64,000 nt of DNA, taken from contig NC_068981.1 in the NCBI RefSeq assembly GCF_001194135.2, positions 141,769,390 to 141,833,389 on the forward strand, written 5' to 3'. The position numbers and the translations under genes are program-made. How positions within the stretch are numbered: the first letter of the stretch is position 1; each line of letters starts with the position of its first letter. Source of the stretch: Octopus bimaculoides. Its lineage: Eukaryota. Positions 13,452 to 26,792 of the stretch are shown here, piece after piece. Under the pieces are notes generated by a model. It was not told where the DNA came from and did no database searches. It worked only from the letters and a program-made list of their open reading frames with translations.

Positions 13452-13864
13452 ATCAATTTTGTTTTCAAGTTTTACTTGGAAAGGTAGATGAGGCTAGAAA
13501 GAGAGGTCCTGTTCTAGTAAAATTGTAGTCAGTTGGGTAAGGAGAGCGCACTTCGTATTATTCGGGCCTTCTTCGAATTTCATTTTGTAGGCTGGTAGAA
13601 AGTGGATGAGAGAAGGCAAAAACATTTGGCAGCTTGGGTCATCGAGTGCTGTACGTTTTCCTTGATTAGCCCCAAGCAGTTTTCCTCCTTTTTCGGAATT
13701 ACACTTGTTTGGAATTACTTCTTATCTGTCTTTTTTTGTTATAATTTCATTTTATGCAGCTTATGTAACCCCTCACAATGCCATTTCTTTTTGTTTTGCA
13801 TTTTTGGCACTCTGTTATAGCCTTTGTTCTTCATAGAGCTTTTGCGGCGGATAAAGAAATTATC

Positions 13865-13899
<35 letters not shown>

Positions 13900-13940
13900 G
13901 ATTATTATTATTATTATTATCATTATTATTATTATTATTA

Positions 13941-13992
<52 letters not shown>

Positions 13993-14005
13993 CATCATCA
14001 TCATC
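13865..14005. repeat. (ATT)n/(ATC)n microsatellite
   Basis: Direct reading. Confidence 0.95.
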
Positions 14006-14436
14006 GTAGTCGTCGTCGTCATTATTGTTGTTGACTTCGTCCTTGAAACATGAATGTTGCTAATGAATTCCTTTATTGGACACAACAGCTTCAACTATGG
14101 GAACAATGTATGGACGAAGTATAATGAAAACACTGGGTGGGATTTCCATTAAGTAACCATGCGAAATCAACAATAACAATAAGGATTAATAAGAAGAAAG
14201 ATTAAATATAAATAACAATAATAATGCTTGCATAAAATTAATGTAAAATGCTCTGTATTCACATACACACAGATATTTTCAGACAAAGCGTAGTATTAAA
14301 CGCCAACTCACTACGCAGAAGCACTCTTAAGCACTCATATACCCCCCACCACCACCACCACGCTTACGTACTTACCTTAACACATACACGTGAAATACAT
14401 TTATACACAAAGTTTCACACACATCCACTCACAAAT

Positions 14437-14477
<41 letters not shown>

Positions 14478-14754
14478 ACACACAATCTCTCTCTCTCACA
14501 CTCACTCTTACACACACACCAAGTCATAAAATAAACAATACGCTTTAAAAGGCAATATACGATTGTTGGTGATATTCATGGTGAAGTGAAGTGAAGTGAA
14601 GCGTAGGGAAGCGGTGAGAAGATGTTTTTGACTTGGTGACCCGGTACAGTTACTGGGCTAGAAAGTGGGAAGGGAACACATGGAGACATAGCACTTTGAT
14701 ATTAGGAGTTCATGCCGTTAGCAAGGAATTGGTAATATTATCTCATGAAAAGGA

Positions 14755-14945
14755 ACAGTAGATTGGCAGAATCCATAGGATATCGGACAAAATCCATTGT
14801 GGCGTTTAGTCACGAAATTCACATTCTTTCTAAGAATTCTGTGAATGCCAACTTTGCATATCACCCTTCAAGTTAAATAAAATAAAATACCAGTCAAGAC
14901 CTGGGATAGATTTGATATTTTCACAAACCACCTTAAATGAAGAAG
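14755..14945 (+). mobile_element. SINE family 2, very decayed
   Basis: ttggcagaatcc...aactttgcatatcacccttcaagttaaataaaataaaataccag. Confidence 0.5.
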
Positions 14946-15573
14946 AATTATAATAAAACAGTAAAACAAAGTCTATAAAAAATGATGTCACTGAAATTCT
15001 TAGAGCTTCTTCCTTACAATTGTGGTAAAGGTAATTATTGCTCTATTAAAACAGCAGTAACTTGGCAATATCGGCAGACATTTTACTTATATAGAAGTTC
15101 TAAGGAAATTAGTTGTAGCACATTATATTCGAATCCCATAGGATTCATCCTGTAGTGACGTCTATTAAAATGCAGTGCTGTACAAGTTGAAAGTTATCGA
15201 CTAATTCAGCTATCAGCTCACCCCAATTGTTTTCTTGTTACAAAACAATATATATTATATAAAATATTGTACACAATAAATTAATTATCAGGGTCATTTA
15301 ATGGAATAGTAATAGAAATAATTTCCACGACACTCCATCATAGCAGTAATCCGGCGTGGTCATAGCGCCCAATGAAGCATTGCGGTCACTTCCCTTGATT
15401 GGGAAAGTTTTGCATGATTGACGATACCCAAATGACGACGGTTCCCTTAAATCTAAATGTGCCTTAGGTTTGGTCACAGCTAAGAAGCTGGAAACAATTG
15501 AGTAATGCCTACACACCTGTACCACAATCATTCATATAAAAAAATATAATATCTATCTATCTATCTCTCTATC

Positions 15574-15624
<51 letters not shown>

Positions 15625-15927
15625 NNNNNNNNNNNNNNNNNNNNNNNNNNNNNNNNNNNNNNNNNNNNNNNNNNNNNNNNNNNNNNNNNNNNNNNNNNNN
15701 NNNNNNNNNNNNNNNNNNNNNNNNNNNNNNNNNNNNNNNNNNNNNNNNNNNNNNNNNNNNNNNNNNNNNNNNNNNNNNNNNNNNNNNNNNNNNNNNNNNN
15801 NNNNNNNNNNNNNNNNNNNNNNNNNNNNNNNNNNNNNNNNNNNNNNNNNNNNNNNNNNNNNNNNNNNNNNNNNNNNNNNNNNNNNNNNNNNNNNNNNNNN
15901 NNNNNNNNNNNNNNNNNNNNNNNNNNN

Positions 15928-15960
<33 letters not shown>

Positions 15961-15963
15961 TTA

Positions 15964-16354
15964 TACTCTTTTACTTGTTTCAGTCATTTGACTGTGGCCA
16001 TGCTGGAGCACCGCCTTTAGTCGAGCAAATCGACCCCAGGACTTATTCTTTATAAGCCTAGTACTTATTCTATCTAACTCTTTTGCCGAACAGCTAGGTT
16101 ACGAGGACATAAACACACCACCATCGGTTGTCAAGCGATGTTGGTTGAACAAACACAGACATACAAACACATACACACATACATATATATATACATATAT
16201 ACGACAGGCTTCTTTCAGTTTCCATCTACCAAATCCACTTACAAGGCTTTGGTCGGCCCGAGGCTATAGTAGAAGACACTTGCCCAAGATGCCACGCAGT
16301 GGGACCCGGGAACATGTGGTTGGTAAGCAAGCTACTTACCACACAGCCACTCCT
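15964..16354 (-). mobile_element. SINE family 1, full length
   Basis: Near-identical to 2000-2455. Confidence 0.9.
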
Positions 16355-16980
16355 ATATTAGAACAAGTACAATGATTTTTTTTTTCAACACGTAAATACT
16401 GAACAGTATAAATAAAGCATAAAATCCTTTTAAATGCAGAAAAAATAGGACGTAATCTATGTGACATCTAGCGTTTATGGATGACTTTATAACTTCTAAA
16501 ATTGCAGAATTCGCCGGTCGGCAGTTTGGCTTAAAGGGAAGATAACGCCAACCGGATATTGGAGTGGGGTACTGTTCAGTATTTCTACTTGTTCTACTAT
16601 ACATTTCAACGCTTCAAAAACAAACTTATGTTTGTTTACATATTACATAATATGTGTGTTTGTGTGTGTGTGTATAAAGGGACACATGGAAGTTATATTT
16701 AAAAATGTATGTATGTGTGTGCGTTTTGTACAAATCATTATTATTATTAGACTTGTATGTTTTGTTATCTAATACTAAAATTGGTGCGGCTGACTAGTTT
16801 CCGTTTTCTATTAACATATTTTTGTTTCTTCTTTGTTTTGTTTATGTTTAATACTTGAAAAATTTTGGATAATATTTATATGCCTTCGGCAAATGTCTAC
16901 GATTTTAGCTTTAAGGTACACAGATTTGTGAGTGATTTTGAGAGACGGACCTTCACAGAAACCAGAGGTGTGCGTCTATG

Positions 16981-17245
<265 letters not shown>

Positions 17246-17698
17246 NNNNNNNNNNNNNNNNNNNNNNNNNNNNNNNNNNNNNNNNNNNNNNNNNNNNNNN
17301 NNNNNNNNNNNNNNNNNNNNNNNNNNNNNNNNNNNNNNNNNNNNNNNNNNNNNNNNNNNNNNNNNNNNNNNNNNNNNNNNNNNNNNNNNNNNNNNNNNNN
17401 NNNNNNNNNNNNNNNNNNNNNNNNNNNNNNNNNNNNNNNNNTATATATACATATACACACATATATGTACACATATGTGTATATACATATACATATATAT
17501 ATATACGCATGTGTATATACATACACATATATACATGTACATATATACACATGCACTTATGTGTATGTACATATATACACAAATACTTATATATACATAC
17601 ATACAACACACGCGCACACATATATACATGCATATATAAATACATACATACATATATAAAATTAGTGTACACTTAAATACAAGAGAGGTGACTCTGAT

Positions 17699-17870
17699 CA
17701 GGCCGCCTTACAATGTACAAGGAGCATTGAAAACGTCCAAAACAATATCTAAGAGTAATTTCGGAGAGAATGAAAAATAAAAACATTTTTATTTTTCATT
17801 CTCTTCGAAATTGCTCTTAAATATGGTTTTGGATATTTTGACTGCTCCTTCTAGTATTTAAGGCGAACTG
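17699..17870. repeat. 172-bp near-perfect palindrome (MITE/foldback-like)
   Basis: caggccgcctta...gagaatgaaaaataaaaa|ca|tttttatttttcattctc...taaggcgaactg. Arms are about 85 bp with scattered mismatches. Confidence 0.85.
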
Positions 17871-18205
17871 TTAAATATTGCCTCTTTTGTATTTAAATGT
17901 ACACTAATGTTATTTTGAGAACATGTTGTCTATTAACTTCTTATACATGCTAGGCCACTGGTAGGGAAATTTCTAAAACTTTGCTACCCATATTATTTTA
18001 TACATACATACATACACACATGCATACATACATGCATACATGCATACAAACATACATACATACATATATACATACATGTTCCCGTTCCTTTTTTGTCCAC
18101 GTTTTTTTGACGTCGTGCACCCGGATATGCATCTATATATACAAGTAGATGTAGGTATGTACATATATGTATGTATATATGCATATGCTCACGTATCATT
18201 TGTAT

Positions 18206-18239
<34 letters not shown>

Positions 18240-18859
18240 NNNNNNNNNNNNNNNNNNNNNNNNNNNNNNNNNNNNNNNNNNNNNNNNNNNNNNNNNNNNN
18301 NNNNNNNNNNNNNNNNNNNNNNNNNNNNNNNNNNNNNNNNNNNNNNNNNNNNNNNNNNNNNNNNNNNNNNNNNNNNNNNNNNNNNNNNNNNNNNNNNNNN
18401 NNNNNNNNNNNNNNNNNNNNNNNNNNNNNNNNNNNNNNNNNNNNNNNNNNNNNNNNNNNNNNNNNNNNNNNNNNNNNNNNNNNNNNNNNNNNNNNNNNNN
18501 NNNNNNNNNNNNNNNNNNNNNNNNNNNNNNNNNNNNNNNNNNNNNNNNNNNNNNNNNNNNNNNNNNNNNNNNNNNNNNNNNNNNNNNNNNNNNNNNNNNN
18601 NNNNNNNNNNNNNNNNNNNNNNNNNNNNNNNNNNNNNNNNNNNNNNNNNNNNNNNNNNNNNNNNNNNNNNNNNNNNNNNNNNNNNNNNNNNNNNNNNNNN
18701 NNNNNNNNNNNNNNNNNNNNNNNNNNNNNNNNNNNNNNNNNNNNNNNNNNNNNNNNNNNNNNNNNNNNNNNNNNNNNNNNNNNNNNNNNNNNNNNNNNNN
18801 NNNNNNNNNNNNNNNNNNNNNNNNNNNNTATATATATGTATGTATATATATATATATAC

Positions 18860-18896
<37 letters not shown>

Positions 18897-20320
18897 CCAA
18901 CATTTGACACGAAGAGTAAGTTCTGAGTTGAATAATTTCCTTTATATTTCTTTATTTTCTACTGCTATTTTGCGAAATTCAAGTTGCGGGAAGAATTGCA
19001 GTTACACTCTATTGTGAAAGGATTCGAACGCAGAAAGCATAGGATCTAAACTACGTAGTACAAAATGATGTATACGATGCTCTTAATTTTAAGTAATTGA
19101 ACATCCATTAGTATAATTAGTAATAGTTATTGATTAATAGCGATAACAGGAATTAGAAACTAACAATATGGAAATAAAGTAGGAAAGAAAGAAATTAAAT
19201 ATGTAGGAAAAGCCAAAAAAACAACATTATAAAATAATGAAAGAAGGAAATAAAGAAATAAAGAATGAGTGAATAGTTGAATAAAAGGAAAATGAGAGGA
19301 ATCCCCAGGGAGTTGATTTTAGGTAATGAATTTGCCATTTTCATAGGATGTGTGATGTTTTAGTCTTATTTTTCGTAATTCACATCTTCAATTTTTACTA
19401 TCATTATTACTCTTTTTTTTTTTTAGAAAATGATTCCATTTGCTTGTAGTCACCATTTATTAGTAAAGGATGATGCTGTTGTGTGAGGGTGGTTGAACGG
19501 AAGGAAATTCTTGCTATTCATACAACATCCTTAATCTCTTGTTACTTCTTTGATGAAATTTCAGAAGATGATCTCATTCAATTCATTGTAGTCGACCTGT
19601 CAAACATTTGTGCCAGCAGACGACACAAAATGCTTTTGTTATTTTTCTCTTGGATATTTCCTATTAACTTCCATTGTTATATTACGTTATAAAATAGGTA
19701 TGTATATACACACACACACACANNNNNNNNNNNNNNNNNNNNNNNNNNNNNNNNNNNNNNNNNNNNNNNNNNNNNNNNNNNNNNNNNNNNNNNNNNNNNN
19801 NNNNNNNNNNNNNNNNNNNNNNNNNNNNNNNNNNNNNNNNNNNNNNNNNNNNNNNNNNNNNNNNNNNNNNNNNNNNNNNNNNNNNNNNNNNNNNNNNNNN
19901 NNNNNNNNNNNNNNNNNNNNNNNNNNNNNNNNNNNNNNNNNNNNNNNNNNNNNNNNNNNNNNNNNNNNNNNNNNNNNNNNNNNNNNNNNNNNNNNNNNNN
20001 NNNNNNNNNNNNNNNNNNNNNNNNNNNNNNNNNNNNNNNNNNNNNNNNNNNNNNNNNNNNNNNNNNNNNNNNNNNNNNNNNNNNNNNNNNNNNNNNNNNN
20101 NNNNNNNNNNNNNNNNNNNNNNNNNNNNNNNNNNNNNNNNNNNNNNNNNNNNNNNNNNNNNNNNNNNNNNNNNNNNNNNNNNNNNNNNNNNTTAAATGAA
20201 ACATCCATTGTCTGATAAACTTCCATTTTCCTCCTCTATTCTTTCGATTCCTTTGAATTGTCTGTAAAGTAAGATTAGCAATGATAAAAAAAAACGACCA
20301 CTACTATTACCGCCACTAGA

Positions 20321-20392
<72 letters not shown>

Positions 20393-20464
20393 GATAATAA
20401 CAATAATAATAACAATAACAACAATACTAATGATATGATGATGATGATGATGATGTTGATGATG

Positions 20465-20519
<55 letters not shown>

Positions 20520-20532
20520 TAATAATAATAAT
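20321..20532. repeat. (AAT)n/(GAT)n microsatellite
   Basis: Direct reading. Confidence 0.95.
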
Positions 20533-20699
20533 AGCACTATTGTTCGACGATACTGGTGTGGCACAGGAAAAAGCAGGATAAATCATTAATTTAATTGCCC
20601 AGACGAAGCATAATCGCAAGCATTTTTCAAAATAATGAACAAAAGGATTCTTAGTAAACGCAAAGAGCTAGAAATGTTTACGGAAGCTGTTTTGTCGAT

Positions 20700-21170
20700 T
20701 AAAACATCCCCGGTACGTGTTTCATCTGACTTTTAAAACAGAAATGAGACGAAGTCCTACGCAGGCTTCGATCTGTGTATGAAATAGCTGATATTCTCGC
20801 TAACTCCAACCAGTGTGGAAAACACAGTTGTAAACAGTTATAATCTACTTATAACCACCGATACAGAAGATTGATAATATCTTCTGATAAAGGTCAAATA
20901 AGACTTTCATCAAAGAATATCAGCCAAACTCCTCTATTTCCGCCGAGATTAAACTTTACTTTTCAAATCGATGCGTAAGATTATATATGTATACATAAAT
21001 ATACATATATAATCTTATATCTAGCCCGATATATATATGTAACACATGTGAAGAGCGTCTGCTCGAAACATTAAACAATCTTTCTTTCCTTCCTTGAGCG
21101 TCTGCTAATACATAACATGTACCTCGTCCTCGCGCTGTTTTATTTTTGTGTTTGTTCTTTTTTTAATTTA
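20700..21170 (+). mobile_element. Possible decayed Penelope-like element 3' end with a hammerhead-like motif at 21045-21072
   Basis: ttcatcaaagaatatcagcca reads FIKEYQP, resembling the FIxxxxPxLN ending of PLE GIY-YIG domains. About 140 nt later: catg-tgaa GAGC gtct GCTC GAAA CATT. Confidence 0.35.
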
Positions 21171-21175
21171 CTATG

Positions 21176-21209
<34 letters not shown>

Positions 21210-21993
21210 CATTCGTATATATATATATATATATATATATATATNNNNNNNNNNNNNNNNNNNNNNNNNNNNNNNNNNNNNNNNNNNNNNNNNNNNNNNN
21301 NNNNNNNNNNNNNNNNNNNNNNNNNNNNNNNNNNNNNNNNNNNNNNNNNNNNNNNNNNNNNNNNNNNNNNNNNNNNNNNNNNNNNNNNNNNNNNNNNNNN
21401 NNNNNNNNNNNNNNNNNNNNNNNNNNNNNNNNNNNNNNNNNNNNNNNNNNNNNNNNNNNNNNNNNNNNNNNNNNNNNNNNNNNNNNNNNNNNNNNNNNNN
21501 NNNNNNNNNNNNNNNNNNNNNNNNNNNNNNNNNNNNNNNNNNNNNNNNNNNNNNNNNNNNNNNNNNNNNNNNNNNNNNNNNNNNNNNNNNNNNNNNNNNN
21601 NNNNNNNNNNNNNNNNNNNNNNNNNNNNNNNNNNNNNNNNNNNNNNNNNNNNNNNNNNNNNNNNNNNNNNNNNNNNNNNNNNNNNNNNNNNNNNNNNNNN
21701 NNNNNNNNNNNNNNNNNNNNNNNNNNNNNNNNNNNNNNNNNNNNNNNNNNNNNNNNNNNNNNNNNNNNNNNNNNNNNNNNNNNNNNNNNNNNNNNNNNNN
21801 NNNNNNNNNNNNNNNNNNNNNNNNNNNNNNNNNNNNNNNNNNNNNNNNNNNNNNNNNNNNNNNNNNNNNNNNNNNNNNNNNNNNNNNNNNNNNNNNNNNN
21901 NNNNNNNNNNNNNNNNNNNNNNNNNNNNNNNNNNNNNNNNNNNNNNNNNNNNNNNNNNNNNNNNNNNNNATATATATATATGTGTGTGTGTTT

Positions 21994-22032
<39 letters not shown>

Positions 22033-22699
22033 TGTGTGTGTGTGTGTAAATATACTAAAATATTATCTCAGATATCGCGGTAGGAATGTTATATTTAAAC
22101 TGTGGGAACTTTAAAATACGTATGACCACTTATTGTGTAGTATTTTAAATTCTAACAATATTGATATAGCCAATGAAAGGATCTGAAACGAAACGTTTTT
22201 CACAAACTAGTTTAATCACTATTACTATGAGAATCCTTCTACCCGGTCACATATCCTACATAGGCAGGCATATTGCCATTTTCGATAGGTCTTCGAAGGG
22301 ACGCAGCCAAGACCCTTTCTGTCATGAATGACTATGGCATTGCACCAACAATGTTCTGCTCGACAACATAGGTCCGTGCAAGGTTGTTTACAGACGAACA
22401 GCAATTACCCATGGATACAAACTTCCCTCTCTATGCTACCAATTTTATGCAAAAGAAAGGCAAAGGCCAAAACACATTGGCACCAGTGACGTCTCTACTC
22501 ACTTCTAATGGTATTAAATGCAAGCGTAGAAGCGAGTTATAGCACATAGAAAATTGCTCAATATAAAATATTTGTTTTATATTTTAAAAGCATTTAACTA
22601 TTTTCAGAATTCTTAATAGCTTAATGCATTGTTGTGTATATATATTTGGGTGGTAAATGGATACACAAACTCACATACACACTCACGTATAAATACATG

Positions 22700-22721
22700 T
22701 CTATCTATCTATTTATCTGTA

Positions 22722-22790
<69 letters not shown>

Positions 22791-22812
22791 GTTCATCTAT
22801 CTATCTATCTAT
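22700..22812. repeat. (TATC)n microsatellite
   Basis: Direct reading. Confidence 0.95.
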
Positions 22813-23175
22813 ATACAGACACATGACATGTGATCTTCTTCTAGCACATTAGCAGTCCACCTAATGGCCTCCTTTATATATATTCTTATATATTTTTATA
22901 TAAGCCCCAGCATGGCCACAGCTCATGAGCTGAAACTAGATAAAATAAAAAATAAAAATAAATATACAATAATCCTTGAGATCTCAGATATTTTTTCTGA
23001 ACCTCCCTGATTCGTTTAATNNNNNNNNNNATAAAAATAAATATACAATAATCCTTGAGATCTCAGATATTTTTTCTGAACCTCCCTGATTCGTTTAATG
23101 TGCTAGTTACCTGGTATTAAACTGATATTAATTAATATCCAATTTTTAACCTATTGTTTAATTTATATACATACA

Positions 23176-23548
23176 CACTTAGATACTTAGATAAACTTCG
23201 GTCGCAGTTGGCCTAGGCTATGATGAATTTAATAGCATCACCTGGAAGAGATACACAGTCAGCTCTTGGGCACCATAGCCCATTCGAGCAGCGAGTTATT
23301 GTTTTAGGAGATATATCCGGGTGTGGGTGGTTTGTCTGATATTTGTCGAAGGTAATCATCTAGGGAACGTTTCAATACCGTGAAATCACTTTCATCCTTT
23401 ATGTGGGATGGCCCGATGCTGAAATAGTTCTGCCGTTGTGTTGTGATACGACATGAACATAATTTCTGTAGTGGTCGAATGGCACGGGGGCCTAGTTTCG
23501 GGTGAATTTTGAAGATGATAACTATATCATTTGGGCAATGTTGATGGA
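23176..23548 (-). mobile_element. 3' end of a CR1/L2-like LINE (ORF2 C-terminus, 3'UTR and short tandem tail)
   Basis: HPKLGPRAIRP...NYFSIGP...FTVLKRSLDDYLRQISDKPPTPGYIS, continuing with a frameshift to NNSLLEWA. Tail tatctaagtatctaag on the minus strand. Confidence 0.7.
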
Positions 23549-24149
23549 ATAGCACTCACACACACACACACNNNNNNNNNNTATACATATATATATATAT
23601 ACATATATATATGAACCATTTCGTGAGTTGTCTTATGTGTATTTTTTGTAGAAAGTCAACATAAAACTTTTTCTTACTCTCAGCGACTTCTTTCGCTCTT
23701 ATCAATTTGTATTCCTTTACTTCTCGTCTCGCTACATAGCAAATAAAAGAAACACTATATACAGCATTATTTTTGCTTATTCCTTGACGTTGGTGTAGTA
23801 GCTGATGATGATGATGTTACTGCTATTTTGTCTGTGTATTTGTTGTATATATATATATATGATATCATTTCGATTAAATATGTTATGTGATATGACTGTT
23901 TTCAACGCCAGTCAGTGGCCTTTAGCACACATATAATGTTTCAGAAAACAAGTGAGTGCATTATGTGTTTTTGTTTTCACTGTTTCCGCTTCCCAATACA
24001 TCTTGGCAATTTGTCTAGATCAATAGATTTTTGCCCTCTCCAGCTTTTACGTCATACACAAGCAGTTAACTTCAGTCGATAACATTTCTTCGACGCTTAG
24101 ACGTGATTAATTGTCTACGACTATAGTCAGTGTGTGTATATGTGTGTGT

Positions 24150-24190
<41 letters not shown>

Positions 24191-24772
24191 NNNNNNNNNN
24201 NNNNNNNNNNNNNNNNNNNNNNNNNNNNNNNNNNNNNNNNNNNNNNNNNNNNNNNNNNNNNNNNNNNNNNNNNNNNNNNNNNNNNNNNNNNNNNNNNNNN
24301 NNNNNNNNNNNNNNNNNNNNNNNNNNNNNNNNNNNNNNNNNNNNNNNNNNNNNNNNNNNNNNNNNNNNNNNNNNNNNNNNNNNNNNNNNNNNNNNNNNNN
24401 NNNNNNNNNNNNNNNNNNNNNNNNNNNNNNNNNNNATGCATACGCATGTATATAAATATAATCCATTCAACAAAACACAGACAAAAAGAAACAAAACAAA
24501 CGTTTGGATGTAGCACAAGCAATGTATTAATAAGACACCTAGAGAAGGAAAAGAGTAGAAGTTTTACGTTTCGAGTGTAGCTCTTCTTCGGAAACAGGAA
24601 TAAACAGGGAAGTGTAAGACGACGCAGAAAAAAAATCGGCAACATTCACGTGCGGTTACATTTTTGTATATCTATATATATCTATATATATATATATATT
24701 TATTTATACATGTGTGTGTGTATGCATATATGTGTATGTCTCGATGTGTGCATGTATGTGTGTGTGCGCGTA

Positions 24773-24813
<41 letters not shown>

Positions 24814-26453
24814 AAATATATATATATATATAATTAGGCAATACATAATTTTACCTAAGTAAGTAAAGCAAAATTGAATAGTTACTTAAGAATGTACTCA
24901 AGCTTCATTCTGTCTAAAATCTTACTTTTGGCGATTCTAAAATTCTCTATAAAATATTGTACAAAAAAGCCTGAAATTTCTTTTTTCTCAGTTTTTCTAG
25001 TGGTAAAATATATCACTGTATTATGCCTCTGTATTTGATTATCTGTATTTGATAGAAAAGTAAGACTCTTGCGACAGCTAACAGGAGTAAATTGAAAAAC
25101 ATGTAAAAAATCAAAAAAATGTATTTCAGTAAATAAATTATGAGTTCTAACTCTATATTGTGTGACACCGACAGTTCAAACAATTGATGACGAGAAACAG
25201 CGTGACAATATATAAGCAAAAATATTTGCTTACATAGCAATGTACCTTTAATCAAAAGTACATCGAAATTTGATGGCATGCCAATCAAAGATTGAGAAAT
25301 GATATTAAGATACAAATTTTCATGCAGGGAACACATTACATTTTCAGTAATAGAAATAAAGAGGTGTGTAAAATTAGGTTGTTCGACATAGTAGAATTCT
25401 CTTAGACGATAACTGGATTCTTCATTTAAGCAAAAGCATTGTTTTATCATGCGCCGTATATACTTTTTAGGATTTCAGGAGAATTAGCATTCTGTTGCAA
25501 GTTATGACCGGGATTGTATATTTTTTCGGAAGAGATTCTGCGCCATATAATTCGATCATTCTGAGTGTGTGCACAACTCATTCGGTTAAATTTAAATGGC
25601 AAAATAATGAATGCAATTAGAAAACAGTGCGTCAACATATTCAAAGATGTAGATTGAAATGTCGCAGCAGATGCGAATATAAGTACAGCTAAAAGTGTTT
25701 AGATATATTTCTAGATTTAACTAATGGTAAACACTTCTCTTCCAGTAAATTTCACTATAAATAACAGTATATAAAAATTAATTGCTAAAAGAATCATCCT
25801 CAACCTAGTCTTAGTTAATAACATCTGCAATCGCATAACCGGTCTTTCTAACAAGGAATCATTTATCAGCACTCCTCATTATTAAAATGACTCTTTAGAA
25901 GACAGTGACATCAACGATATACTAAAACAACACGTAGAAATTATTAGCATATTCATAAGTATAAATATGCAATATATTCATCTCTATGATATTAATGTTA
26001 GTTTCAATGTGGTTGCATATATTCCATGCGTTATAATAAAAAACATTTCTGCATTACCATGGAGTTCATCAGCTCAATAATAGAAATAATCTTTAAGTGA
26101 GCAACGAAGGCGAATTAGATGAGACGTTAAACCAACTAATATATTATTTTTCCATTTTTGTACGCTTGGTATTCTCATCCTGCTTAAACTAGGTTTGTCT
26201 TCTATGCGGAACTTTCAACGTGCGAGACAGGTTCCGAAGTGCACTTGTTCGTCTCCTTCATTTTTAATGCTAATGGCTACGACTAATATTGGCACTTACC
26301 TTTACTTTAGCCAGCATTGGTGTTGGGGAGACTATAACATGTATGAATAAGCAACTAGCTGGTTTACTAGAACGAAGAATATATCTGCGCCTGTGTTTCG
26401 GAATAGAACATTCCTACTGGTATATTGAGAGTTACAATTCATCGATAATATAC

Positions 26454-26792
26454 TACTCTTTATATACTACTCTTTTACTCTTTTACTTCTTTCAGTCATT
26501 TGACTGCGGCCATGTTGGAGCACCGCCTTTTAGTCGAGCAAATCGACCCCATCGGTTGTCAAGCGATGCTGGGGACAAACACACACAAACATATACACAC
26601 ACACACACATACATACACATACACATACATATATACGACAGGCTTCTTTCAGTTTCCATCTACCAAATCCACTCACAAGGCTTTGGTCGGCCCGAGGCTA
26701 TAGTAGAAGACACTTGTCCAAGGTGCCACGCAGTGGGAATGAACCCGGAACCATGTGATTGGTAAGCAAGCTACTTACCACACAGCCACTCC
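26454..26792 (-). mobile_element. SINE family 1 with an internal deletion
   Basis: atcgacccc joins directly to atcggttgtc, removing about 90 bp present in other copies. Confidence 0.9.

Noticed and set aside
22165-22200. caatgaaagg...cgaaacgtt hammerhead-like words
   Set aside because: No stem II pairing and the core is too degenerate.
26205-26260. Minus-strand tgaa-GGAGAC...GTCTC-gcacgttg hammerhead-like hairpin
   Set aside because: Both CUGA and GAAA are broken; could be chance.
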